Assembly: GCA_016390365.1 (NCBI GenBank)
Contig: GCA_016390365.1_3043.1
Strand: one strand, 5' to 3'
Source of the DNA: a phage
DNA length: 64,000 nucleotides
Position numbers and translations under genes: made by a program
Notes under the pieces: model-generated
Seen by the model: only the letters and a program-made list of their open reading frames with translations
Database searches by the model: none
Told to the model about the DNA's origin: nothing
Shown: piece by piece, positions 8,811-17,848 of the stretch
Layout of the letters: each line of letters begins with the position of its first letter
Position numbering within the stretch: position 1 is the first letter of the stretch

Positions 8811-9013
8811 TGATTAGAATTGAACAAGCAGATAAAATTAAAGAATTGGTAGCTTTAATTCGCAAAGCAGATGAGGAACTTAGTGACTTTGCTTGGTTTT
8901 CGGCAGGCATTGCAAATAAAGGTATTGAAAAATTTGAAGCTAAAGTTGATAATGCTGTAGAAGCTTTAGATATGTTTCTTGATGAAATTATCGATCATAA
9001 TACGAGAGTTTAA
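8810..9013 (+). CDS. hypothetical protein
   Basis: [21 protein letters not shown] coupling. Confidence 0.45.
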   Translation: MIRIEQADKIKELVALIRKADEELSDFAWFSAGIANKGIEKFEAKVDNAVEALDMFLDEIIDHNTRV

Positions 9014-9015
9014 GT

Positions 9016-9210
9016 ATGCTAACACGTGAACAGTTTGAAAAAATTATTAAATTAGCACGTGATGTTGAAATAGATTCATATCAATTAGCAGTTGAGCATT
9101 GTGAAGGATACTCATACGATGGTATAGAAGCAGCTAAAAAGGATTTGGATAAATCCAAAGCTAAGTTAGTTCAATATCTTGAAATGATTAGGTGGAATAA
9201 TGAAAACTGA
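9016..9210 (+). CDS. hypothetical protein
   Basis: 64-codon ORF. Confidence 0.45.
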   Translation: MLTREQFEKIIKLARDVEIDSYQLAVEHCEGYSYDGIEAAKKDLDKSKAKLVQYLEMIRWNNEN

Positions 9211-9373
9211 AAAGCAGATGTTTTTAATGAAGCTAATTGAAGAATATGCTAATGCAGTTTCTGACTATGAGTATTCTGCTCGAGAAAGAGGTACAGCTTT
9301 CGCAAAGGAAGAAATGAAAATCATGGTTGATGCTCACACAAAGCTTCAGAATTTTATTGAAAACGTCATTTAA
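9200..9373 (+). CDS. hypothetical small protein
   Basis: 57-aa ORF MKTEKQMFLMKLIEEY, not in track; overlaps upstream stop. Confidence 0.35.
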   Translation: MKTEKQMFLMKLIEEYANAVSDYEYSARERGTAFAKEEMKIMVDAHTKLQNFIENVI

Positions 9374-9406
9374 TGGTTTACAAGTTGGCAAGGTTATGAT
9401 ATAGTA
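9372..9406 (+). promoter_or_regulatory. early promoter
   Basis: gtttac 9376-9381, 17-bp spacer, tatgatatagt. Confidence 0.45.
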
Positions 9407-9534
9407 ATCTTGTCAACTGCCAAGGAGAAGAGAATGAAAGTTTTGTTTGTTGTGTATGTGATGATTCAATATAATTATCCTTTGTTTACCTATAATCTGG
9501 TGAATAACATTATTGATATGATTCAGAGGAGTAT

Positions 9535-9723
9535 GTGATGACAAGTGAGCAGGCTTTTAAATTAAGAGAATTAATTGAAACATATAGCAAAGCTGTTCAT
9601 ACAGCAACAGTTATTGATGAATCAGCTTTCTCCGGACATGCTAACAAGATTAAATACAAAACTCTTATGGAAGAAGCTAAAGTAAATCTTGATTCTTATA
9701 TTGAAACTTTAATTGGTAAATAA
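9535..9723 (+). CDS. hypothetical protein
   Basis: 62-codon ORF. Confidence 0.4.
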   Translation: MMTSEQAFKLRELIETYSKAVHTATVIDESAFSGHANKIKYKTLMEEAKVNLDSYIETLIGK

Positions 9724-9724
9724 T

Positions 9725-10267
9725 ATGAAAGCTGTAATTGAAACAACTGATTTGTTCGGTGACCTGGTTATCGAAAAACGTGGTAATGTATACGTTCTGA
9801 CGCAGGAAGACGATAGTATTACTATTCTTCCTATGGAACTGGCTGCGATTTTATCTTATGCTCCCTCAGGAGTTACCGGTGTAACTAATATTACAGACGA
9901 CCTCCAAGTTCGTTTTTATCGTGGCCTTTACGGCGGTAATATTGAAACTGAATTTATGTGTCTTTCTATCAGCAATTGGGCAACATTCGTTGTCAAGGTG
10001 AAAGAATTCTTAGAATCTGAAACAGTCGAAACACCCGAAAAGACTAAACTTCAATGGGCTAAAGATCGCGGTGCTAACATTATTAATCCAGTAGCTGCAA
10101 ATTATACTACGACTTTGGATGTCAAGACTTCTTATGAAGATGGTGATGTCTTAACTATTCGTCAAATTGATGATTTTCGATCGTATATTGTCACATTTAC
10201 CAAAGACGAAGCTATTGCGCTAAAGACTTATCTCGATTCTGTCATTCCAACTATGATTTCAAAGTGA
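9725..10267 (+). CDS. hypothetical protein, paralog of the next ORF
   Basis: start ATG 9725; C-terminus TFTKDEAIALKTYLDSVIPTM resembles SLSKSEAEAMIKYLTTVTPSM of 10274..10795. Confidence 0.55.
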   Translation: MKAVIETTDLFGDLVIEKRGNVYVLTQEDDSITILPMELAAILSYAPSGVTGVTNITDDLQVRFYRGLYGGNIETEFMCLSISNWATFVVKVKEFLESETVETPEKTKLQWAKDRGANIINPVAANYTTTLDVKTSYEDGDVLTIRQIDDFRSYIVTFTKDEAIALKTYLDSVIPTMISK

Positions 10268-10273
10268 GGAAAT

Positions 10274-10795
10274 ATGTTTATTTCAAGTGGAAGTGGTTTA
10301 ATTCGTGTTGAATTTAAAAATGACATCTTCCTTATTCAAGGAGATGATATTATTAAAATGAGTTATGATGAAATTAAGAAAATTTGTAATGCTCTTGAAA
10401 GTCATGGAAAAGTGAACGCTGTTATTGATATTGGTGATTTATGGGTGACACTTTATGAAGTATCCGAAGGATTTAATATTGAAGATGAAAACAACATCTT
10501 AGCTATTGATAAAAGAAGCGATTTGTTTGATGTGTTAAAAGTTTATGAACAGTCAAACGGTGGAAGAAAAGCTGTATTGATTTATCAAAAACCACATTCA
10601 TGTGGAACTGCTTCAATCATTTCAGATATTGAAGATGAAACTGATACTTATATGTGTGTTTTAAAAGCTGGTGGTGACCGTCATCCGGATTTTATTTCTA
10701 TTCGTCAAAACAATGGAGAAATTTCATTATCAAAATCAGAAGCTGAAGCTATGATTAAGTATTTAACAACTGTTACACCTTCAATGAAAGGATAA
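10274..10795 (+). CDS. hypothetical protein, paralog of the previous ORF
   Basis: 173-codon ORF with shared C-terminal motif. Confidence 0.55.
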   Translation: MFISSGSGLIRVEFKNDIFLIQGDDIIKMSYDEIKKICNALESHGKVNAVIDIGDLWVTLYEVSEGFNIEDENNILAIDKRSDLFDVLKVYEQSNGGRKAVLIYQKPHSCGTASIISDIEDETDTYMCVLKAGGDRHPDFISIRQNNGEISLSKSEAEAMIKYLTTVTPSMKG

Positions 10796-10797
10796 TT

Positions 10798-10998
10798 ATG
10801 ATTATTAATGAAAACTCTTGGCACTATAAATTATTCAAACTGTTTAACGACGAATGGAAACGACCTAAGACACTGTGTGCATACTTTTGGTCTATTGTTA
10901 TCCCTACATTTTTCGTTTCTTTTTTCGGATGTACTATACTCGCAGGTCTAACTATTATCTGTGCAGAAATCATACAGAAATGGCTTATTTTTTGGTAG
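10798..10998 (+). CDS. hypothetical membrane protein (N-terminal part, possible frameshifted gene)
   Basis: hydrophobic TM segment; ORF ends at a T6 run where the next frame continues. Confidence 0.4.
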   Translation: MIINENSWHYKLFKLFNDEWKRPKTLCAYFWSIVIPTFFVSFFGCTILAGLTIICAEIIQKWLIFW

Positions 10999-11260
10999 TT
11001 TATGGACTCTTATTCCATCAGCATTTATACTTGCCATTTTGCTTATTTTACTTATTATTGGTTCATTTGTTATTCCTGCACAACTGCATGAAAAATATAA
11101 AGATTATAAATGGAAAAAGGATTATGCTTTACATGTAGAAAATATTGATAGGGCGTATAAAGGTTTACCTCCTATTCAACCCAAGAAATCTATTATCGTC
11201 GAATTTTTAAAAGCGCGTAAAGCTAAAGTATGTCCTGTTATTGAATATAAGGCTGAATGA
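10961..11260 (+). CDS. hypothetical membrane protein (C-terminal part, possible frameshifted gene)
   Basis: no ATG (track start is GTG); strongly hydrophobic LIPSAFILAILLILLIIGSFVIP. Confidence 0.4.
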   Translation: MQKSYRNGLFFGSLWTLIPSAFILAILLILLIIGSFVIPAQLHEKYKDYKWKKDYALHVENIDRAYKGLPPIQPKKSIIVEFLKARKAKVCPVIEYKAE

Positions 11261-12270
11261 TGAAAACAGTAATGAAAAGCTATTTTGGTAGTCATCTTTA
11301 TGGAACTTCTACCCCAGAATCTGATGTAGATTTTAAAGAAATCTTTGTTCCTCCTGCTCGCGATATTCTTATCGGAAATGTCAAAGAGCACATGAGTAAA
11401 AACACTAACAACACATCATCTAAAAACACTAAAGATGATATTGACCATGAACTATACAGTCTTAAGTATTTCTTTAAATTAGCGGCAGATGGTGAAACTG
11501 TAGCGTTGGATATGCTTCACACTCCACCTGAACTAGTGGTTAAATCTGATTTGCCTGATGTGTGGAAGTTTATTCAAGACAACCGTTCTCGTTTTTATAC
11601 GACTAACATGAAATCATATTTAGGATATGTCCGCAAGCAAGCTTCTAAATACGGTGTCAAGGGTTCTCGTTTGGCTGCATTACGTGATGTATTGAAAGTA
11701 GTTAATCAAATCCCTGAGCAATGGGTTGATTACCAAGAAGATGGTTCTATTAAGCAGCGTCGTACTAAAGTTGAAGATATTAAGCATCGTCTTCCAGAAA
11801 ACGAATTCTGTGAATGGGTGTTCCATAATCATGAGAAAACAGGCCCACAAACGTTCTACACTGTGTTGGGTCGTAAATATCAGACAACTCTTTCTCTTAT
11901 TGAGCTTAAGCAGTCACTGAACAAATTAGATGCTGAATACGGTGAACGTGCTCGTAAGGCCGAAGCCAACGAAGGCATTGACTGGAAAGCTCTGAGCCAT
12001 GCTTGTCGTGGTGGACTTCAACTATTGGAAATTTACAAAACTGGTGACTTGGTTTATCCACTCCAAGATGCTCCATTTATTCTCGACGTGAAGTTGGGTA
12101 AGCATCCATTTAAAACAGTTCAAGAGTTTTTGGAAGATGTGGTCGATCAAGTAGAAGCAGCATCTACTGAAGCTTCTAAGAACGGTATGCAGCAAAAAGT
12201 AGACATGGGTTTCTGGGATGACTTCCTTGAGAAGGTTTATCTTGAAAACCACCGAAGTTATTATAAATGA
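11257..12270 (+). CDS. predicted nucleotidyltransferase (Pol-beta-like NTase fold)
   Basis: signature GS-x10-DVD in YFGSHLYGTSTPESDVDF. Confidence 0.6.
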   Translation: MMKTVMKSYFGSHLYGTSTPESDVDFKEIFVPPARDILIGNVKEHMSKNTNNTSSKNTKDDIDHELYSLKYFFKLAADGETVALDMLHTPPELVVKSDLPDVWKFIQDNRSRFYTTNMKSYLGYVRKQASKYGVKGSRLAALRDVLKVVNQIPEQWVDYQEDGSIKQRRTKVEDIKHRLPENEFCEWVFHNHEKTGPQTFYTVLGRKYQTTLSLIELKQSLNKLDAEYGERARKAEANEGIDWKALSHACRGGLQLLEIYKTGDLVYPLQDAPFILDVKLGKHPFKTVQEFLEDVVDQVEAASTEASKNGMQQKVDMGFWDDFLEKVYLENHRSYYK

Positions 12271-12272
12271 TA

Positions 12273-12298
12273 GGGAGCCTTCGGGCTCCCTTTTTTTT
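12273..12298 (+). terminator. rho-independent terminator, UUCG tetraloop
   Basis: gggagcc-ttcg-ggctccc followed by T8. Confidence 0.8.
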
Positions 12299-12319
12299 AT
12301 TTCAAAAATTTTTTCACAA

Positions 12320-12387
12320 AATTGTTTACAAGCATAAAGCTTTATGGTACTATACAACTATCAACTGATACGGATTTGGAGAATAAA
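12320..12387 (+). promoter_or_regulatory. early promoter plus conserved leader (PeSL-like cassette)
   Basis: gtttac 12324-12329; TGGTACTATACAACTATCAACT core; leader GATTTGGAGAATAAAATG shared with 38697..38745. Confidence 0.55.
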
Positions 12388-13356
12388 ATGAAAACTGTAA
12401 CTATCAATAAGGGTATTTACTTCGGTAAAGAAATCTCTGGAACTTTTGAGCTCTTAGGCGAATGGTTCCCAGATAATGCTCCAGTAGATGCACAAGGAGA
12501 TGGTAAAGTTTTTGTTGAAATTGACGGTAAACGTCGCGGTGTTTGGGTTTACAAATCAGACATTTCATATGATGGTGTAAAAGTTGAAGAAGTTAAAGAA
12601 TCGTATGAAGATATGAAAACCCGCATTAATAAAAGATTTAATGTTATGGGAATGATGACGAATGGTATTATTAACGGAAACATTCGTTCATTAATTATCT
12701 CTGGTGCGGCAGGCATTGGTAAAACGTATTCTTTAGATAAAGCTTTAAATAAAGCAAATGATATTGGATACATTGAATATAAAAGCATTAATGGTAAAAT
12801 CTCTGGTATTGGTCTTTATGAACAGCTTTGGAATAATCGTGAAGAGAATTCTGTCCTTTTGATTGATGATGTGGATGTTTTCTCTGATATGGACATTCTT
12901 AATCTTCTGAAAGCTGCTCTGGACACCGGAGAGACCCGTAAAGTCTGCTGGAGCACTGCGTCTTCTTACTTAGAAGAAAAAGGCATTGAGCGTGAGTTTG
13001 AATTTAAAGGAACGATTGTTTTTATCACAAACGTTGACATTGACCGCGAATTAGACCGTGGTACTAAACTTGCTCCACATTTACAAGCATTAGTGTCCCG
13101 CTCAGTTTATTTGGATTTGGGTGTTCACACTAATGAAGAAATTATGGTCAGGGTTGAAGATGTTATTCTTTCAACTGACATGATGCAAAAGCGCGGTCTT
13201 TCTGATGAAGAAACTTATAAAGCATTATCATGGATGAAAGTTAATGTTAATCGTTTACGCAATGTTTCACTGCGTACTGCTCTTTATCTTGCTGACTTTA
13301 TTATGACCGACAAAAACGGTTGGGAAGAAATTGCTGAGGTTACTCTTCTGAAATAA
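12388..13356 (+). CDS. AAA+/P-loop ATPase
   Basis: Walker A ISGAAGIGKT, Walker B VLLIDDVD, sensor-like FITN; start ATG 12388. Confidence 0.6.
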   Translation: MKTVTINKGIYFGKEISGTFELLGEWFPDNAPVDAQGDGKVFVEIDGKRRGVWVYKSDISYDGVKVEEVKESYEDMKTRINKRFNVMGMMTNGIINGNIRSLIISGAAGIGKTYSLDKALNKANDIGYIEYKSINGKISGIGLYEQLWNNREENSVLLIDDVDVFSDMDILNLLKAALDTGETRKVCWSTASSYLEEKGIEREFEFKGTIVFITNVDIDRELDRGTKLAPHLQALVSRSVYLDLGVHTNEEIMVRVEDVILSTDMMQKRGLSDEETYKALSWMKVNVNRLRNVSLRTALYLADFIMTDKNGWEEIAEVTLLK

Positions 13357-13454
13357 TTCATAAGAGGACTTCTATGACAAAAAGGCAGTTCAGAAATAGA
13401 TTATATGGACTGCCATTAAAAAGATGACTAGAATTAAACTGGTGAATGGAGGTA

Positions 13455-13760
13455 ATGATGTTATACTCAAAGGCTCGTGAAATTTACGAAACTAAAATTA
13501 AAGAAGCAGTATTTAAGTTCGCAACGACAATGCGATGGACAAATGACTGGGAGTATTCAAAAAATCATAAGAAGCCCATGGTGACAAGAAAGGCTCATAT
13601 GTTAGTGTTAATAGACCGTGAGCAGATTAAAGCCCGAGAAGCCCTCCAGAATCATAAAAAGGCTGCCTTTGAATGGTTTATGGATAACACTGCTCCTGAG
13701 ACTAAGAAAGCGGTAAGCGCATGGTTCAGTGGAAAAAATTGTGAAAGAAGTTTCTTTTAG
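13455..13760 (+). CDS. hypothetical protein
   Basis: start chosen at ATG 13455 after SD ggagg. Confidence 0.45.
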   Translation: MMLYSKAREIYETKIKEAVFKFATTMRWTNDWEYSKNHKKPMVTRKAHMLVLIDREQIKAREALQNHKKAAFEWFMDNTAPETKKAVSAWFSGKNCERSFF

Positions 13761-13805
13761 TGGTTTACAAGACTGTTCCTCTGTGGTACTATACAACTAT
13801 CAACT
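13760..13805 (+). promoter_or_regulatory. early promoter plus conserved core (PeSL-like cassette)
   Basis: gtttac 13764-13769; TGGTACTATACAACTATCAACT core 13784-13805. Confidence 0.5.
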
Positions 13806-13820
13806 ACGGAGGAACACAAA

Positions 13821-14348
13821 ATGAACGCTAAAGATATTTTCAACCTGGTAAATTACAACGATGGTAAATTTAAATCTGAAGCACAAAGCAAGTTCTTTAA
13901 TGACATCTCAATCGGAGGTGAAATCACGGTTGATGGAGGACAAATTTACAAATCTCGTTGGAATTGGATCGTTATTATCGATGAGATTGGTATTGTAGAA
14001 ATTTACAAGAATACGAATAAAAATCGTACATTACACTGGTCTCGTGATACTAACGAACAGTACAAAAAGGATAAAGCATCTAAATTATCTCGTGTAACTC
14101 AAGAAGATATTGAGTTCATCAAGAAAGATATTTTGATGTATGATAACTTAATTGCTGAAGAGCAAGCTGTTATTGATAAATTTGACGAGATTAAAGCTTC
14201 TCGTGAAATTCCTGATTTTATGAAAGAATCAGTAAATGAACGATACACTCTCATTTCAGAGCGTATTGAAACTTACAAAAAGCAAAGAGCTGAACGCCAG
14301 AATACTCTTCGGAAGTTTGAAGAACGGTTAAAGACGGTACTCGCATAA
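13821..14348 (+). CDS. hypothetical protein
   Basis: 175-codon ORF after SD ggagg. Confidence 0.5.
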   Translation: MNAKDIFNLVNYNDGKFKSEAQSKFFNDISIGGEITVDGGQIYKSRWNWIVIIDEIGIVEIYKNTNKNRTLHWSRDTNEQYKKDKASKLSRVTQEDIEFIKKDILMYDNLIAEEQAVIDKFDEIKASREIPDFMKESVNERYTLISERIETYKKQRAERQNTLRKFEERLKTVLA

Positions 14349-14403
14349 CCGCTTTATACCAAGGATGGTATAATGGTTCTAAGCCCTTTTAATTGAGATT
14401 ATT

Positions 14404-14811
14404 ATGAAACAGTTGATAATTAAAAGATTGAATTTATTGATATGTTGTTTATGTATAGTAATTGCATATGGTTATTACGCAATTAATGATTATATGCATT
14501 ATAAAGATTATGATGTTACTGTAGTTAATACCTTTACAGGAACTCAAGGAAAGGGGTCTAGTTTATCGTTTATTGCCGTATATGAACTAAATGACGGTTA
14601 TAGATTTAGCGAATATATTTCACCGGAGATGTATTCTTCAATAGAAAAAGGTGATAATATTACTGTAAGTTTACGTCCTTTCGACGTAAAACAGACATTG
14701 TTTGATAATATTGTTTGGTTCTTTGGAATGGTATTAGTTCAATCTGTGTGTGGTGCTTATATAGTCTGTTCCATCTTATTCTGTATATTTAGTAAAATTG
14801 AAATTGAGTGA
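14404..14811 (+). CDS. hypothetical membrane protein
   Basis: N-terminal and C-terminal hydrophobic segments. Confidence 0.45.
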   Translation: MKQLIIKRLNLLICCLCIVIAYGYYAINDYMHYKDYDVTVVNTFTGTQGKGSSLSFIAVYELNDGYRFSEYISPEMYSSIEKGDNITVSLRPFDVKQTLFDNIVWFFGMVLVQSVCGAYIVCSILFCIFSKIEIE

Positions 14812-14818
14812 GGAAAAT

Positions 14819-15706
14819 ATGTCAGTAGTAATTAATAATGTCAATGCAGTAATTAAATCTTTAGTTAATAAAAAATTGAATGAATGGACTGTACTTCGTC
14901 GTGGAGAGCCAGATAAATTTTTTCATAGATTTAACCCAACTTTGGATTTGAATGTTATTGACAGAGATGTTCATGCTGAAATATTAGATAAGTTTAAAGT
15001 TGATATTGGGTTTGGATTAGATAAACATTTACAACGAACAAACGGGTCTGGAATGGGTTTATCTAATCGCATCATGAAAGCCCTTAATAAAATTGGAGCG
15101 TTGTCTCGTATTAATGCGAGTGAAATCCTTCGCAATTATAATAAAGGATATGACCTTTATGGTCGACTAATGCCGAAATTATCATTCGATCAAATGATTG
15201 CGGATTTGTGGGAAAATCAACGACGATTATTAGCATTAGGCGCTCGATTAGCTAAAGGTCTAGATAAACAAATGATTTTTAAGACCAATAATACAGAAGA
15301 CCTTAAATGCTTTAAATTTAGTATTCGTGGCGATGATTATTATATCAGAGCTCACTCTACAGATTATGTTAATATGGGGCATCATCTCTGTTTAGCTTTT
15401 GAAGTTTTAAAAGAAGCCGGAACATTAGAATATTCATCTGGTGCAAAATGCCCTATTGGTTCAAGTTGTATTTTAATTTATCGCCCGGATGAATCCAGTT
15501 CAACTAAATTGCCTACAAAACCTGTACCAGTTCGTAGTAATGAAAAACATTCTGAGCAAATTGATTATTTTAATAAGCAAATTGAAGAGCTGAATATTTC
15601 TATTCAACAATATGATGATGAAATTTTCAGACTATCTGGACTGAGTAGTAAAGCTAAATCTGAGCGTGAAAAGTTAATTAAAATTATCGATTTACTTAAA
15701 TCTTAA
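14819..15706 (+). CDS. hypothetical protein with C-terminal coiled coil
   Basis: start ATG 14819 after SD gaggaaa; C-terminal heptad-like region. Confidence 0.5.
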   Translation: MSVVINNVNAVIKSLVNKKLNEWTVLRRGEPDKFFHRFNPTLDLNVIDRDVHAEILDKFKVDIGFGLDKHLQRTNGSGMGLSNRIMKALNKIGALSRINASEILRNYNKGYDLYGRLMPKLSFDQMIADLWENQRRLLALGARLAKGLDKQMIFKTNNTEDLKCFKFSIRGDDYYIRAHSTDYVNMGHHLCLAFEVLKEAGTLEYSSGAKCPIGSSCILIYRPDESSSTKLPTKPVPVRSNEKHSEQIDYFNKQIEELNISIQQYDDEIFRLSGLSSKAKSEREKLIKIIDLLKS

Positions 15707-15714
15707 GGAACACC

Positions 15715-16737
15715 ATGAAAACTCGTTCTCAAATTGAAGATATGGTTCGTAATGCCAGCTATACTCGTGATGCTATGACATTTTTGTGCGAAAATAATTT
15801 AGACCTTGGTAAAGTTAATTGTTCCATTCACGCCTTTAAACATCTGAACAGCAGTGAATGGGTGCGTAATTTTAATGAAGCTGGGTATATTACTCAAATG
15901 ACTGCTCGTGAACAGCTCACCGATTTCTGTAAAACTATTGATTATAAAAATCCTCTATTTGTTCAAGGTGTTGGTCAGAGTAAGGTCGATTTATCATCTG
16001 GATTTTTTAATCCAAATCATTATCGTCTTGAATGGAGATTTATTGCTCTATTCCGTAAACAATTAAAGCAAATTTTGTCGACGGCTAGTCGATTAAAAGG
16101 CTCTGATATTAACTTAAAGAATCTGAAATTTGATGGTTATACTCTTCAGATGGAAGTAAGACCGTTAAAAGAAAATAATAGAACTGCACGAATTAGCTTT
16201 AAGCCTAATACTAAAAATTCTCTTTCAATTTGTGAATGCCTTAAATCACAGTTGACAGAAGCATTTAAGTATATGGATGTAGTTGCCGTGGTTCAGTCTA
16301 AGATTTTACCTCATTTTGAGCGAAATTGGGAACATACAACAACGTATGAACTTGATATGATCGTTTCATTTAAATACGATTTTTTGAGAAAGGACGAAGT
16401 CCCGCAAGAGAAAAAGCAGGAAGTGCAAGATATCTTAAATTTATCCAATTACTCATCAAATGATCCTAAATTTTGGATGTATAGTTCAGGTAATAAAGAT
16501 ACATGGAAATTCAATAAAGTGAATTTTCTTCCTATTGAAAATCCGAGTCTTAAACCTGTTGAAAAATGGCACGCGGATGCGATTGAGAAGTCCCTTAAGG
16601 CAGTAGATGATGAACTCGTTAAAGCGACCAATGAAGTGTTAGAAGCTGAAAAGATGCTAGAAAAAGCACAAGAAAAAGTCAAAAATCTCACGAAGCAACG
16701 TTCTAAACTGAACAATGCATTAAATGCACTGAACTAG
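15715..16737 (+). CDS. hypothetical protein, member of tandem paralog family with C-terminal coiled coil
   Basis: MKTR N-terminus; internal motif RLEWRFIALFRKQLKQILSTASRL shared with 16795..17796. Confidence 0.55.
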   Translation: MKTRSQIEDMVRNASYTRDAMTFLCENNLDLGKVNCSIHAFKHLNSSEWVRNFNEAGYITQMTAREQLTDFCKTIDYKNPLFVQGVGQSKVDLSSGFFNPNHYRLEWRFIALFRKQLKQILSTASRLKGSDINLKNLKFDGYTLQMEVRPLKENNRTARISFKPNTKNSLSICECLKSQLTEAFKYMDVVAVVQSKILPHFERNWEHTTTYELDMIVSFKYDFLRKDEVPQEKKQEVQDILNLSNYSSNDPKFWMYSSGNKDTWKFNKVNFLPIENPSLKPVEKWHADAIEKSLKAVDDELVKATNEVLEAEKMLEKAQEKVKNLTKQRSKLNNALNALN

Positions 16738-16768
16738 TTTACTTTACCACAAGGATGTGGTATAATGT
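16735..16768 (+). promoter_or_regulatory. early promoter (30 nt identical to the copy at 61416)
   Basis: gtttac 16737-16742, 17-bp spacer, tgtggtataat. Confidence 0.6.
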
Positions 16769-16794
16769 TCTTACTTTCTACTGAGGAGATTATT

Positions 16795-17796
16795 ATGACT
16801 CGTAACGAATATATCAAATCATTCAATAGCGTTATTGATGATAAAGCTATACCGATGTTTGGTCAAAATATCGTTCTTTCTATTATCAATCAATGGCTCA
16901 ATAGTGTTGATGCAAGTATTGTTTCTTCTACTAAATTTATTCATGAAATTCGTAAAATTTCTAGCCGTGTAGATAAAGATGTTATCAAGAAAACCTTTAA
17001 AGAGTCTCGTCTTCTTTCATATTTGGTTAATCGGGATATTCTTGGTAATTTTGGGAAAGAAATTAAACGAACTAAAGATGTAGTAGGATATAATTGGTTC
17101 GGTGATGTTAATTCTTATCATCTCAATAATAAAGAAGACCCTGAGAATATTTTTACTCGTCGTTGGATTAGTAATTTCAGACTTTTCAAGAAGCAAATTC
17201 TAAAATCAGCTTCTAAATTATGTTATGGCGATTATCGTCAAATTCATCCTTTGGCTTCTGATATGATTATCATAAAAGAATATGAACTTGATAAAAATAA
17301 AGTAGCTATTTTTGTGAATTATGGATTTTTTACACCAGAAACTAACCAAAAGAACATTAATAAATTTTTCTCAATTGCTAGCACTATAACTCGTCAATTA
17401 GAGACCGCATTACTTTGTATGGAAACAGTAGAAAATATTCATACATATCCTTTTAAGAATATATGCGGTTGGGAAGGATATAAAATTGTAGTTAGTCTTC
17501 GTGAAGTGAAATGTACTTATTCACCTACTAGTAAAGAAATTTACCAACAAAAATGTGATGAAATTGTGAATACTCCTAAAGAAGAAACTACCCTTGAGGA
17601 ACTAATGGAATGTCTTGATGATTCACCTGAACCGGTAGAAATTCGTCCAGAAGTTATTGCACTAGAAAAAGCTTATAAAGAAGTTCTAGAAATTTCTAAT
17701 AAAGCGCAGAAAGAATATGAGCAGGCTAAAAGGATTTGGGAAGAATCTGTTAATCGCCTGGATCGTCTTGAACAAGCTTTACAGTTAATTAAGTAA
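16795..17796 (+). CDS. hypothetical protein, member of tandem paralog family with C-terminal coiled coil
   Basis: start ATG 16795 after SD gaggag (track ATG 16765 lies inside the promoter -10); motif FTRRWISNFRLFKKQILKSASKL. Confidence 0.55.
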   Translation: MTRNEYIKSFNSVIDDKAIPMFGQNIVLSIINQWLNSVDASIVSSTKFIHEIRKISSRVDKDVIKKTFKESRLLSYLVNRDILGNFGKEIKRTKDVVGYNWFGDVNSYHLNNKEDPENIFTRRWISNFRLFKKQILKSASKLCYGDYRQIHPLASDMIIIKEYELDKNKVAIFVNYGFFTPETNQKNINKFFSIASTITRQLETALLCMETVENIHTYPFKNICGWEGYKIVVSLREVKCTYSPTSKEIYQQKCDEIVNTPKEETTLEELMECLDDSPEPVEIRPEVIALEKAYKEVLEISNKAQKEYEQAKRIWEESVNRLDRLEQALQLIK

Positions 17797-17848
17797 TTTA
17801 AAGCCAAGGATGGCTCGGAGTATAAATCATTAACCAAGTGAGAAGAAC

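Noticed and set aside
10875-11138. Third overlapping ORF (87 aa) in the membrane-protein region
   Set aside because: Low-complexity Leu/Phe/Tyr-rich translation of T-rich DNA in a third frame; the two hydrophobic frames on either side of the T6 run are more plausible
16765-16794. Track start of ORF at ATG 16765
   Set aside because: This ATG is part of the promoter -10 element (tggtataATG) and would lie upstream of the transcription start; the SD-preceded ATG at 16795 is the likely start
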